From an uncultured Gemmatimonadales bacterium (GTDB lineage: Bacteria; Gemmatimonadota; Gemmatimonadetes; Gemmatimonadales; GWC2-71-9), in assembly GCA_963730185.1 (NCBI GenBank), contig CAVSQW010000013.1:32001-96000 (forward strand): a stretch of 64,000 bases of DNA, written 5' to 3'. The notes beneath the pieces were generated by a model, which made no database searches, was not told the origin of the DNA, and saw nothing but the letters and a program-made list of their open reading frames with translations. Below, piece after piece: positions 1-8,932 of this stretch. Position numbers and translations under genes: made by a program. Each line of letters starts with the position of its first letter. Position 1 is the stretch's first letter.

Positions 1-1
1 G

Positions 2-418
2 CTCTTCCTCGCCGTTGCCGTCGGGGCCCGGCTGGTGGGCGGAGGCGGGGCGCCGGGCTGGGCGGCGGTAGGGATCGCCGGGGGGATCGCCCTTCTGGGC
101 GAGCTGGTGGAGCTCACGACCTCGACGCGCTACACCCGTCGGTACGGCGGCTCCCGGCGGGCCGGGTGGGGCGCCTTGATCGGTGGGCTGGCCGGCGCGA
201 TCGTCGGGGTCCCGGTTCCGGTCCTCGGCTCGGTGCTCGGCTCGTTCGCGGGGGCGTTTCTGGGGGCCCTGCTGGGAGAGTTCTCGGTCGCGCGCGACCA
301 TCGGGCCGCGGGGCGCGCGGCCCAGGGCGCCGTGCTGGGACGGGCGGTCGCCACGGCGGCCAAGATCGGGCTCGGGTGCTTGATGCTGGTCGTGATCCTC
401 TGGTCGAGCTGGGGGTAG
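2..418 (+). CDS. DUF456-like membrane protein (5' truncated by window edge)
   Basis: Frame is open from base 2. Gly-rich hydrophobic helices with 'RRYGGSRRAGWGALIGGLAGAIVG...GAFLGALLGE', typical of the DUF456/YqgC family. Confidence 0.75.
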   Translation, partial: LFLAVAVGARLVGGGGAPGWAAVGIAGGIALLGELVELTTSTRYTRRYGGSRRAGWGALIGGLAGAIVGVPVPVLGSVLGSFAGAFLGALLGEFSVARDHRAAGRAAQGAVLGRAVATAAKIGLGCLMLVVILWSSWG

Positions 419-502
419 CCCGCCCCCCGGATGCCCGCCGGGGTCCCGGGCCCGCGCAACGAGAGAACAGGAACCCTCACCCACTCACCTCTGGGAGCAC
501 CG

Positions 503-1021
503 ATGTCCGCCGACGAACGCATCCGCACCGCCTTCGACCGCTCGACCCAGGCGCTCGAGCTCCGGCCCACGATGGGCGTCGGAACCGCTCGCACCACGGC
601 GACGATCCGGGTCGGGCTGGCCTCCGACGTCAAGGACGGCCAGTGGCAGCTCCAGGGCGACATGTCGCCCAAGGTGGGTGGGGAAGGCACCGCGCCCGAC
701 CCAGGGGTGTACGGCCGGGCCGGCCTGGCGACCTGTCTGGCCGTGGGGTACGCCATGTGGGCGGCTCGGCTCGAGGTCCCCATTGCGGCCATCGAGGTCA
801 CCGTCGAGGCCGACTACGACGTCCGGGCCGAGTTCGGGATGACCGAGGCGCCACCGGGCTACCGGTCCATGCGCTACCAGGTGTCGGTCGAGAGCGAAGC
901 ACCCGAAGCCGACGTTCGCCGGGTGCTCGACCGGGCCGACGACCGAAGCCCCTGGCTCGACAACCTCCGGCGGCCGGTCGAGGTGACCCGCGAGCTGACG
1001 ATCAACCGTCCCGGGGCCTGA
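503..1021 (+). CDS. OsmC-like protein
   Basis: ATG at 503 after GGAG. 'GGEGTAPDPG...GLATCLAVGY...IEVTVEADYD' OsmC pattern. Only the first Cys is present (SPW where CPV is usual). Confidence 0.75.
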   Translation: MSADERIRTAFDRSTQALELRPTMGVGTARTTATIRVGLASDVKDGQWQLQGDMSPKVGGEGTAPDPGVYGRAGLATCLAVGYAMWAARLEVPIAAIEVTVEADYDVRAEFGMTEAPPGYRSMRYQVSVESEAPEADVRRVLDRADDRSPWLDNLRRPVEVTRELTINRPGA

Positions 1022-1022
1022 C

Positions 1023-1841
1023 ATGGACCCTCGCCTGCAGCGCCGGGTTCAGCGTTACGGTTGGGACCGGGCCTCGTCGCTCTACGAGGAGGCCTGGAAA
1101 GCGCAGCTCGCGCCGGCCCAGCGCCGGATGCTGGAGCTGGCGGCGGTCCGGCCGGGCGAACGAGTGCTCGACGTGGCCTGCGGCACCGGGCTGGTGACCC
1201 TGCCGGTGGCTCGACAGGTGGAGCCGGGCGGGCGGGTGACGGGGATCGACCTCTCGGAGAGGATGGTGGCGGAAGCCTCGAGCGCCGCCGGGGTGGAGGG
1301 CGTGAAGAACGTGGAGTTTGCCCGGATGGACGCGGAGGAGCTCGAGCTGGCGGACGGGAGTTTCGACGTGGCCCTGTCCGGGCTCGGGATCCTCTATTGT
1401 CCCGATCCGCTGAAGGCGCTCCGGGAGATGCACCGGGTGCTGGTGCCCGGTGGCCGGATCGCGGTCTCGGTCTGGGGCGATCGGCGGCGCTGCGGGTGGG
1501 CGGAGATCTTCCCGATCGTCGAGTCGCGGGTCAAGAGCGAGGTCTGTCCACTCTTCTTCCAGCTGGGCACCGGCGACGCGCTCCAGCTCACGATGGAGGC
1601 GGCCGGGTTTGGGGAGATCGTCGTGGAGCGGATCGCGACGACGCTGGAGTATCGTTCGTCGGAGGCGGCGCTGGCGGCGGCGTTTGCCGGGGGGCCGGTG
1701 GCGCTCGCGTACTCGCGCTTCGACGACGAAACCCGCAACGCCGCCCACGAGGATTACCTGGCGTCGATCGCCGATTGCCGGCAAGGCGACGGGTATCGCG
1801 TTCCCGGGGAGTTCGTGGTGGCCCGCGGGTCCCGCCGGTAG
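1023..1841 (+). CDS. Class I SAM-dependent methyltransferase (UbiE-like)
   Basis: Motif I 'VLDVACGTG', plus 'GIDLS', 'MDAEEL', 'SFDV', 'EMHRVLVPGGR'. Starts 1 nt after the OsmC stop. Confidence 0.85.
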   Translation: MDPRLQRRVQRYGWDRASSLYEEAWKAQLAPAQRRMLELAAVRPGERVLDVACGTGLVTLPVARQVEPGGRVTGIDLSERMVAEASSAAGVEGVKNVEFARMDAEELELADGSFDVALSGLGILYCPDPLKALREMHRVLVPGGRIAVSVWGDRRRCGWAEIFPIVESRVKSEVCPLFFQLGTGDALQLTMEAAGFGEIVVERIATTLEYRSSEAALAAAFAGGPVALAYSRFDDETRNAAHEDYLASIADCRQGDGYRVPGEFVVARGSRR

Positions 1842-2002
1842 CTCACCAGCCGATCCGGAGGCGGACGGCCCCGGCGCGGTCACCCGGCCGGCGGTCGCCT
1901 GTCGGTCACTCCCCGGTCACCTGGCCGGGCTCCCGGTGGCCCGACCGGGGAGCGTAACCCGCTAGGCGGGTCGGCGCGCGCGGGGTCCCGCCGATCCGGG
2001 CG

Positions 2003-2028
2003 CGAAACAATTCCCGCGCGGCCCCGTA
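2003..2028 (+). promoter_or_regulatory. Putative ECF-sigma promoter (GAAAC-N16-CGTA)
   Basis: cGAAAC ending at 2008, 16-nt spacer, CGTA at 2025-2028, about 55 nt upstream of the ABC ATPase. Matches the SigW-type AAAC-N16-CGTA layout. Confidence 0.4.
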
Positions 2029-2082
2029 TCAGTACCAGCGTTCCTTGCCGGACCGTTCCCGACTCCCTCTTGGAAGCCCGTC

Positions 2083-2976
2083 ATGCTGACCATCCAGAAG
2101 CTCGTGAAAGTCTATCCCGGCCCGGTCACCGCTCTCCAAGGCGTTTCCCTGGAGGTGGCGCCGGGCATGTTCGGACTGCTCGGCCCCAACGGGGCCGGGA
2201 AGAGCACCATGATGAAGATCGTCGCCGGCGTGCTGGAGCCGACCTCGGGCCAGGTGCTCCTCGACGGGGAAGACGTGACCGCCCGGCCCGAGCGGCTCTG
2301 GCCGGTGCTCGGCTACCTGCCGCAGGACTTCGGCTTCTACCCGCATCTGACCGGTGAGGCGATGCTGGCCTACCTGCTCGATCTCAAGGGGGTGGTCGCC
2401 CCGCAGGGGACGAAGCGGCTGGTCGCCGACCTGCTCGACCGGGTGAACCTGACCGCCGCGGCCAAGCGCAAGGTGAAAGACTACTCCGGCGGCATGCGCC
2501 AGCGGCTGGGGATCGCCCAGGCGGTCGCCGGCGATCCCAAGCTGATCATCGTGGACGAGCCCACCGCCGGCCTCGATCCGGAGGAGCGGCATCGGTTCTA
2601 CCGGTTGCTGGCCGAGCTGGCGGAGCGACGGACCGTGATCCTGTCGACCCACATCGTCGAAGACGTGGCGGTGCTCTGTCCCCGGTTCGCCGTGTTCCGG
2701 CAGGGGCAGGTGGTGACGATCACCTCGCCCTCCGAGGCTCGGCAGCGGCTCCAAGGCGCCATCTTCGAGGGGGCGGTTACGGGCGCCGAGCTGGAGGAGC
2801 TCCGGAAGACCCGCCGGGTCACCCAGGCCTACCTGGTGGAGGGCAAGAACCACGTCCGGGTCTACCAGCCGGACCGAGAGGCGCCTCCGGGGCTGGCACC
2901 GACCGAGGCGACGCTCGAGGACGCCTACCTGGTCGCGATGCAGCAGGCCGATCCGTCGTCCGGGCGGGCGGCATGA
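2083..2976 (+). CDS. ABC transporter ATP-binding protein
   Basis: Walker A GPNGAGKS, signature YSGGMRQR, Walker B IIVDEP, H-loop STH. Confidence 0.95.
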   Translation: MLTIQKLVKVYPGPVTALQGVSLEVAPGMFGLLGPNGAGKSTMMKIVAGVLEPTSGQVLLDGEDVTARPERLWPVLGYLPQDFGFYPHLTGEAMLAYLLDLKGVVAPQGTKRLVADLLDRVNLTAAAKRKVKDYSGGMRQRLGIAQAVAGDPKLIIVDEPTAGLDPEERHRFYRLLAELAERRTVILSTHIVEDVAVLCPRFAVFRQGQVVTITSPSEARQRLQGAIFEGAVTGAELEELRKTRRVTQAYLVEGKNHVRVYQPDREAPPGLAPTEATLEDAYLVAMQQADPSSGRAA

Positions 2977-5900
2977 GCCTCCGCCGGTTTCTCCTCGTTG
3001 CCCGAAGCGAGCTCGCCTACAACCTGAAGCGGCCCAGCTTCTGGATCATGCTCCTCTTGGCGGGCCTGATCCTCTGGGGGCTCTCGAACGGCAACGTCCG
3101 GGTGGCGATGAACTCGGGCGACAGCTCGGTCGGCGGCAAGAAGGCGTGGCTCACCTCGGAGTTCGCCCAGGCGCAGATCGTCACCGTCGTGTCGTTCACG
3201 ATCTTCTCCTTCTTCGTCGCGGTCGCCGCGGGGCTCTCGGTGATCCGCGACGGGGAGTGGCGGGCCGGCGAGCTGCTGCACGCGACCCCACTCGAGCCGG
3301 GCGAGTACGTCTGGGGCAAGTTCACCGGGGTGTTGGGCGCCTATCTCGCGGCGTTGCTCCTGATGCTCGGGCTGATGATCCTGCTGTTCCAGCTGATCCC
3401 GAACGCCGACATGCTGGAGACTCGCGGGCCGTTCCACCTCCGGAACTATCTCGTGCCGCTGGTGATGATGGGCCTGCCGATCGTCCTGTTCTCGTGCGGG
3501 ACGGCGTTCGCGATCGGAACCCGAACCCGGCGGCCGATCCTGGTCTTCATGCTGCCGGTGCTGCTGATGGTGGTCTGCGGCTTCTTTCTCTGGAGCTGGA
3601 CGCCGTCCTGGCTCGATCCGCGGGTGGACCGGATCCTGATGCTGGTCGATCCGTCCGGGTTCCGGTGGCTGGCGGAGACCTGGCTCAAGGTCGATCGCGG
3701 GGTGGACTTCTACAACACCCAGCCGGTCGGGTGGGACACCGGCTTCGTCCTGAGCCGGCTCGGGATCGTGCTGATCGGCCTGGTCTCGACCGGGCTCTCG
3801 GTCCGGCACTTCGGGCGGACCCTCCGCTCGTCGGGCAAGGTGAAGGCGGGCTCCCGCGCGGTCGAGACCGCGCTCGATCCGGCGCTCACCGCGCCGCCAC
3901 GGTCCGGGCTGGCGGCCCTCGGCATGACCAGCCGGGCCCCCGGCTTCTGGCAGGGGTTCCGGCGGGTGGCTGGCGCGGAGCTCAAGGAGCTCCGGAGCTC
4001 CCCGGGGCTCTACTTGTTCGTCCCACTGATCGTCTGGCAGAGCCTGGCCAACGCGCTGCTGGCGATCGGTGCGTTCGACACCCCGCTGCTGGTGACCCCG
4101 GGGTCGCTGGCGGTGTCGGCGATGGGGTTCCTGATCACCACGCTCAGCCTGCTGATGCTGTTCTACGCGGTCGAGAGCCTGGAACGGGAGCGCGCCACGA
4201 CCTTCTCGGCGATCAGCGACGCGTTGCCGATCGGCGCGGGGTCGATCCTGGCCGGCAAGGCCGCGGCGCTCGCGGTCGTCGTGCTCGCCGTGCTCGTCGC
4301 CGTGTTCCTCGGCTCGGCGATCGCGCTGCTGGTGCAAGGCAAGGTGGGCCTGGCCTTGTCACCGTTCCTGCTGGTGTGGGGGCTCCTGCTTCTACCCGGC
4401 ATCCTGTTCTGGACCTGCTTCATCTTCGCGGTCTACGCGATCGCGAAGAACCGCTACACCACCTACGGCATCGTTCTCGCGGCCTTCGCGCTGACCGTCT
4501 ACCTCGGGATCGCGGGGAAGCTCAACTGGATCGGCAACTGGCCCCTCTGGGGCGTTCTCCAGTGGAGCGACATCAGCGTCATGGAGTTCGACCGCACCGC
4601 GCTGCTGCTCAATCGGCTCCTGGTGCTGACGGTCGCCGCGGGGCTCCTCCGGTTCGCGGTCAGCCATTTTCCCCGGCGGACCGGCGACGCCATTGGCCTG
4701 ATCCACGGGCTCCGGCCCGCGGCGATTCGTCGCTCGGCCTGGAGAGCCGTTCCCTGGTTGGTGGCGCCGGCGGTGCTGGCGGGCCTGCTCTGGCACCAGA
4801 TCAGCATCGGGCCGGACGGTCCCCGGGCCAAGAAGGTGATGAAGGACTACTGGAGGAAGAACCTCTCGACTTGGACCGACGCGCCGCTGCCGGCGATCGC
4901 CGATGCCCAGGTGAACGTCACCATCGAGCCGGCCGAACGGTCGTGGCAGGTGCGGGGTCAGTACCTGCTGGTCAACAAGCAGGAGGTCCCGCTCGCCAAG
5001 GTGCCGCTCACGGTCGGGTTCTGGGACGACATGACCTGGGAGATGAACGGGACGGCCGCGCACCCCGACACCTCGTCGCACCTCTACGTGTTCACGCCGC
5101 CGAAGCCGCTTGCCCCCGGCGACAGCCTCCGGATCGGGTTCAGCTATCGCGGGACCCAGCGCGGGTCGACCCGCGCCGGCGGTGGAGCCGGCGAGTTCAT
5201 CGTGCCCTCGGGGGTGGTGATGACCTCGTTCAACCCGCGTTGGTTTCCGATGGTCGGCTACGACGATCAGATCGGAGTCGACAAGGACAACCGGGCCGAG
5301 CCGAAGCAGTATCCGGCCGACTTCTACAAGGGTGTGACGCCGCCGGCCTTCGGTGGCGAGCTGCCAATGACCGTCACCACGACGATCACCACCCCGGCCG
5401 ACTTCACGGCCAACGGGGTCGGGGAGCGGATCTCGGAGAAGGTCGAGGGGGACAAGCGGGTGACCGTGTGGCAGACCGACCACCCGGTCATGGCGTTCAA
5501 CGTGGTGGCGGGCCGGTACGTGGTCAAGAAGGGGGCCGGCACGGCGATCTTCTACGATCCGCGCCACGGCTACAACGTTGACGAGATGATCGGCGCGCTC
5601 AATGCGGCTCGGAAATACTACGGCGAGTGGTTCGCGCCTTTCCCGTGGAAGGAGCTCAAGATCAGCGAGTTCCCCGGGCTCGCGAGCTACGCGCAGGGCT
5701 TCCCGACCAACATCAGCTTTTCCGAGCAGATCGGGTTCCTCACCAAGAGCGAGCCCAAGACCAACCTCGCGTTCATGGTCACCGCCCACGAGACGGCCCA
5801 CCAGTGGTGGGGCAACATGCTGCAGCCGGGGAAGGGGCCGAGCGGCAACATCCTGAGCGAGGGGATGGCCCACTTCTCGACGGCCTTGTTGATCGCCCAG

Positions 5901-6551
5901 GTCAAGGGTCCCCTCCAGGGAATGGAGTTCCGGAAACGGATCGAGTCGCACTACGCCGACACCCGGCAGAGCGACGCGGAGCGGCCCATGGTCCGGACCG
6001 ATGGGTCGCACGACGGCGACGGGACGGTGACCTACGACCGGTCAGGATTCGTGTTCTGGATGCTCTGGGACCTGATGGGACCGGAGCGGAACCTCGCCGG
6101 GCTTCGGGCGTTCATCGCCGACCACCAGAACAACCCGGATCACGCGGTGCTGCCCGATTTCGAAGCGCACATGCGGAAGTTCGCGCCCGACACGCTGGCG
6201 TACGACGCGTTCGTTCGGCAGTGGATGGACTCGGTGGTGGTGCCGGAATACCGGCTCACCGCCGGCCGCACCGTCAAGACGGCCGAGGGGTGGGAGACCT
6301 CGGTGCACGTGGAGAACGTGGGGACCGGCCGGATGCCGGTGGAGGTGGCGGCGATCGTGGGCGAGCGGGCGCTCGATTCGACCGCCAAGCCGAAGGCGCC
6401 CTATCAGGCCGCCAAGGTCACCATCGTGCTGGGCTCGAAGGAAGGCAAGGACGTGACGATCGTCTCGTCCTTCAAGCCCGAGCGGGTGGTGACCGACCCC
6501 GACGTGAAGGTGCTGCAGCTCCGGCGGGAGGCGGCTCTGTTCAAGCTTTGA
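2973..6551 (+). CDS. ABC-2 type permease fused to an M1-family aminopeptidase domain
   Basis: Two multi-TM permease halves, then a soluble domain with the gluzincin motif HETAH-x18-E ('HETAHQWWG...LSEG'). ATGA overlap with the ATPase. Confidence 0.9.
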   Translation: MSLRRFLLVARSELAYNLKRPSFWIMLLLAGLILWGLSNGNVRVAMNSGDSSVGGKKAWLTSEFAQAQIVTVVSFTIFSFFVAVAAGLSVIRDGEWRAGELLHATPLEPGEYVWGKFTGVLGAYLAALLLMLGLMILLFQLIPNADMLETRGPFHLRNYLVPLVMMGLPIVLFSCGTAFAIGTRTRRPILVFMLPVLLMVVCGFFLWSWTPSWLDPRVDRILMLVDPSGFRWLAETWLKVDRGVDFYNTQPVGWDTGFVLSRLGIVLIGLVSTGLSVRHFGRTLRSSGKVKAGSRAVETALDPALTAPPRSGLAALGMTSRAPGFWQGFRRVAGAELKELRSSPGLYLFVPLIVWQSLANALLAIGAFDTPLLVTPGSLAVSAMGFLITTLSLLMLFYAVESLERERATTFSAISDALPIGAGSILAGKAAALAVVVLAVLVAVFLGSAIALLVQGKVGLALSPFLLVWGLLLLPGILFWTCFIFAVYAIAKNRYTTYGIVLAAFALTVYLGIAGKLNWIGNWPLWGVLQWSDISVMEFDRTALLLNRLLVLTVAAGLLRFAVSHFPRRTGDAIGLIHGLRPAAIRRSAWRAVPWLVAPAVLAGLLWHQISIGPDGPRAKKVMKDYWRKNLSTWTDAPLPAIADAQVNVTIEPAERSWQVRGQYLLVNKQEVPLAKVPLTVGFWDDMTWEMNGTAAHPDTSSHLYVFTPPKPLAPGDSLRIGFSYRGTQRGSTRAGGGAGEFIVPSGVVMTSFNPRWFPMVGYDDQIGVDKDNRAEPKQYPADFYKGVTPPAFGGELPMTVTTTITTPADFTANGVGERISEKVEGDKRVTVWQTDHPVMAFNVVAGRYVVKKGAGTAIFYDPRHGYNVDEMIGALNAARKYYGEWFAPFPWKELKISEFPGLASYAQGFPTNISFSEQIGFLTKSEPKTNLAFMVTAHETAHQWWGNMLQPGKGPSGNILSEGMAHFSTALLIAQVKGPLQGMEFRKRIESHYADTRQSDAERPMVRTDGSHDGDGTVTYDRSGFVFWMLWDLMGPERNLAGLRAFIADHQNNPDHAVLPDFEAHMRKFAPDTLAYDAFVRQWMDSVVVPEYRLTAGRTVKTAEGWETSVHVENVGTGRMPVEVAAIVGERALDSTAKPKAPYQAAKVTIVLGSKEGKDVTIVSSFKPERVVTDPDVKVLQLRREAALFKL

Positions 6552-7887
6552 GCGCCCGGCCGAGGCGTCGTCCGAAGAGCAGGACCAGCAGCCCGCCGAC
6601 GGCGCCGATGGCCGCGTGCATGGTCCAGAACGCGGCCGGGCTCATCTTCTCGTAGAACCCGCCGATCCAGCCGATCAGCGTGTTCGAAACGAACAGGCTC
6701 ATGAAGGTGAACCCCATCAGGGTGGCGTTCACCTTGGCCGGGGCGGCTTGCGAGACGAGGGCGAGGAGCGTGGGCCAGTAGTAGAGGAACGAGATCGCCA
6801 GCAGCGCCGAATAGAGCACGGGCCAGATCGGGTTCACCGGACCGGTGCCCGCCAAATAGATCCCCGCCACCAGGAGCAGATTGCTCGCCGCGCTCATCCA
6901 GGCTCCGACGCCGATCTTGCTCAGGTCGCCGGGCTCGCCACCGCGCCGCGACTGCCAGCGCCAGATCCCGAACACCAGCGGCACGCCAAGGATGGCGAAG
7001 AGCGAGTTGCTGGCCTGGTACCAGGGGATCGGGACCTGGTAGGAGAGAATCGTCGGCGCGACCTGGCGCTGAATCCAGATCGGATTGACGTTGAAGAGCT
7101 GGTAGTAGGCGATCGAGTGGAAGACGGTGATGGCCATGACCGCGACCAGGGCCGCGACGATCCGCCGGTCCTTCGCGGTGAGCGGCCGGTCCACGGCGCC
7201 TCCCTCCCGGACCACCCGGGCGGGCAAGGTGCGATACCCGTAGAGGTAGGTCGCCAGGCCGGCGAGCATGAAGATCGCCGCGACGCCGAATCCCCAGTGC
7301 CAGCCATAGAGCTGCGCCAGTAACCCACAGACCAGCGGTCCGGCCACCGATCCGATGTTGATGGCGGTGCTGAAGATGATGAATCCATGGCTCCGGCGGG
7401 CTTCGTCCTCGAGCGGGTAGAGGGTCCCGACCTGGGCCGAGATGTTGCCCTTGAGGAAGCCCGAGCCGACGACGAGCAGCAGCAGCGCCGCGAGGAACGA
7501 CTGGTCGAACGTCATGGCGAGGTGCCCGGCGCTCATCGCCAGGGCGCCGATCACCACGGCGTTGCGCTGACCGATCCACCGATCGGCGATCCACCCGCCC
7601 AGGAGTGGGGTGAAGTACACGAAGCCGGAGTAGAGGCCGAAGGTCTGCGAGGCGAGCGCCTGGGTCGAGAGCGGTCCGAACACGCCCTCGATGCCGGCCC
7701 GGAACGCGGCGAAGCCCACGATGTGCTCGACGTGGCCGGGCAGGAGGAGCTGATTCACCATGTACAGGGCGAGGAGCCCCGTCATGCCGTAGTAGGAGAA
7801 CCGCTCCCACGCCTCGGTGAAGGCGAGGTAGAAGAGGCCCCTCGGGTGTCCCATGAACCCGCGATCGGCGGTCACCGGGTGGGGCAT
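6541..7887 (-). CDS. POT/PTR family proton-dependent oligopeptide transporter
   Basis: 'GHPRGL...EAWERFSYYGM' ExxERFxYY motif; 'GGWIADRWIG'; 'GSGFLKGNIS'. Confidence 0.92.
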   Translation of the reverse strand: MPHPVTADRGFMGHPRGLFYLAFTEAWERFSYYGMTGLLALYMVNQLLLPGHVEHIVGFAAFRAGIEGVFGPLSTQALASQTFGLYSGFVYFTPLLGGWIADRWIGQRNAVVIGALAMSAGHLAMTFDQSFLAALLLLVVGSGFLKGNISAQVGTLYPLEDEARRSHGFIIFSTAINIGSVAGPLVCGLLAQLYGWHWGFGVAAIFMLAGLATYLYGYRTLPARVVREGGAVDRPLTAKDRRIVAALVAVMAITVFHSIAYYQLFNVNPIWIQRQVAPTILSYQVPIPWYQASNSLFAILGVPLVFGIWRWQSRRGGEPGDLSKIGVGAWMSAASNLLLVAGIYLAGTGPVNPIWPVLYSALLAISFLYYWPTLLALVSQAAPAKVNATLMGFTFMSLFVSNTLIGWIGGFYEKMSPAAFWTMHAAIGAVGGLLVLLFGRRLGRALKA

Positions 7888-8771
7888 CCTTCCGGCCTCA
7901 CCGTGTAGAGGCCGCCGTCGAGGCGCCAGCGGCCTCCTTCCCGGACCAAGCGAAACCCGTCGTGCCCGCAGTGGCTCAACCGCTTCCCGACGTGGAATTG
8001 GTACGGACTCCAGACCAGCGCGATGTCGCCGTCGACCCGGACCACCGGGGCCATCAGCCGCTCGTGGAGCGCCTCCTTCGCTTGGGTCAGGGTTTCCGCG
8101 TCCTGACTGGCCGGCCGGCGGCGGAGGATGACGGCCCCGTTCCGGTAGGCCGCCGTGGTCCAGGTGGCCCGGGACGACACCGCCCGGCCCAGCAGCGCCG
8201 GGTCACGCTCGCGAAGGGCTACGAAGAAGCTGTCCAGCGCCGCCATCACCGCCGCGCGCTCCTCCGGTGAAGGGGCAGGGAGCGGGGGCGGCCCCGCGGC
8301 CACGGCGCGAACGGCCGGGCATCCGTCCGGCCGAGCGGTGTAGGCGCCGTTGGTGATCAGCCATCGCCCTTCCCGGCGAATCAGGTCGAACGAGTCGAAT
8401 CCGCAGTGCAGCACGGCGCCGCCACGGCTCACCTGATACGGTGCCCAGATCATCGCGACATCGCCGTCCTGCCACACGTCGGCGGCGAGCAAACGCTCCT
8501 CGGCCCGGTCGGTCGACGCCGCGACCCGGGCAAGCGAGGTTCGGAACGGCACGGAGACCACTCTCGGGGAGCCGTCGCGATGCACCACGGCCACCATGGT
8601 TGCCTGGGAGTCCACGGCGCGGGCCATCAGAGCGGTGTCGCCTGTCTTCATCCCGAGGAACAGACTGTCGACCGTGGCGAGGATCGCGGTCCGATCGGGC
8701 GCCTGCTGTGCTCCCAGGGCAGGCGCGCCCGCCAGGAGCAGACCGGCGAGCCATCGAGACGACGGGATCAT
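7872..8771 (-). CDS. Secreted protein with two tandem NTF2-like domains
   Basis: Start MIPSSRWLAG with a signal peptide. Two homologous halves, each 'DGDxAxxWxPYQ...HCGxDxF.L.R..GRW....YT.RP.GCP'. Confidence 0.7.
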   Translation of the reverse strand: MIPSSRWLAGLLLAGAPALGAQQAPDRTAILATVDSLFLGMKTGDTALMARAVDSQATMVAVVHRDGSPRVVSVPFRTSLARVAASTDRAEERLLAADVWQDGDVAMIWAPYQVSRGGAVLHCGFDSFDLIRREGRWLITNGAYTARPDGCPAVRAVAAGPPPLPAPSPEERAAVMAALDSFFVALRERDPALLGRAVSSRATWTTAAYRNGAVILRRRPASQDAETLTQAKEALHERLMAPVVRVDGDIALVWSPYQFHVGKRLSHCGHDGFRLVREGGRWRLDGGLYTVRPEGCPTR

Positions 8772-8932
8772 GCGGGCTCCGGAAATGAGGGACGGTTCGA
8801 GCTCGGGAAGGCGGCGCGACCGTCCAATAGTCCCGTCTCCCGGGCCCACGTCAAGCCCCAGGTCTGGCTTCGCCGAGGCTGGCCGGTACCTTTCCTCGTC
8901 GCTATCGATCGGTCCCGCTCTCGAGGTCGCCC

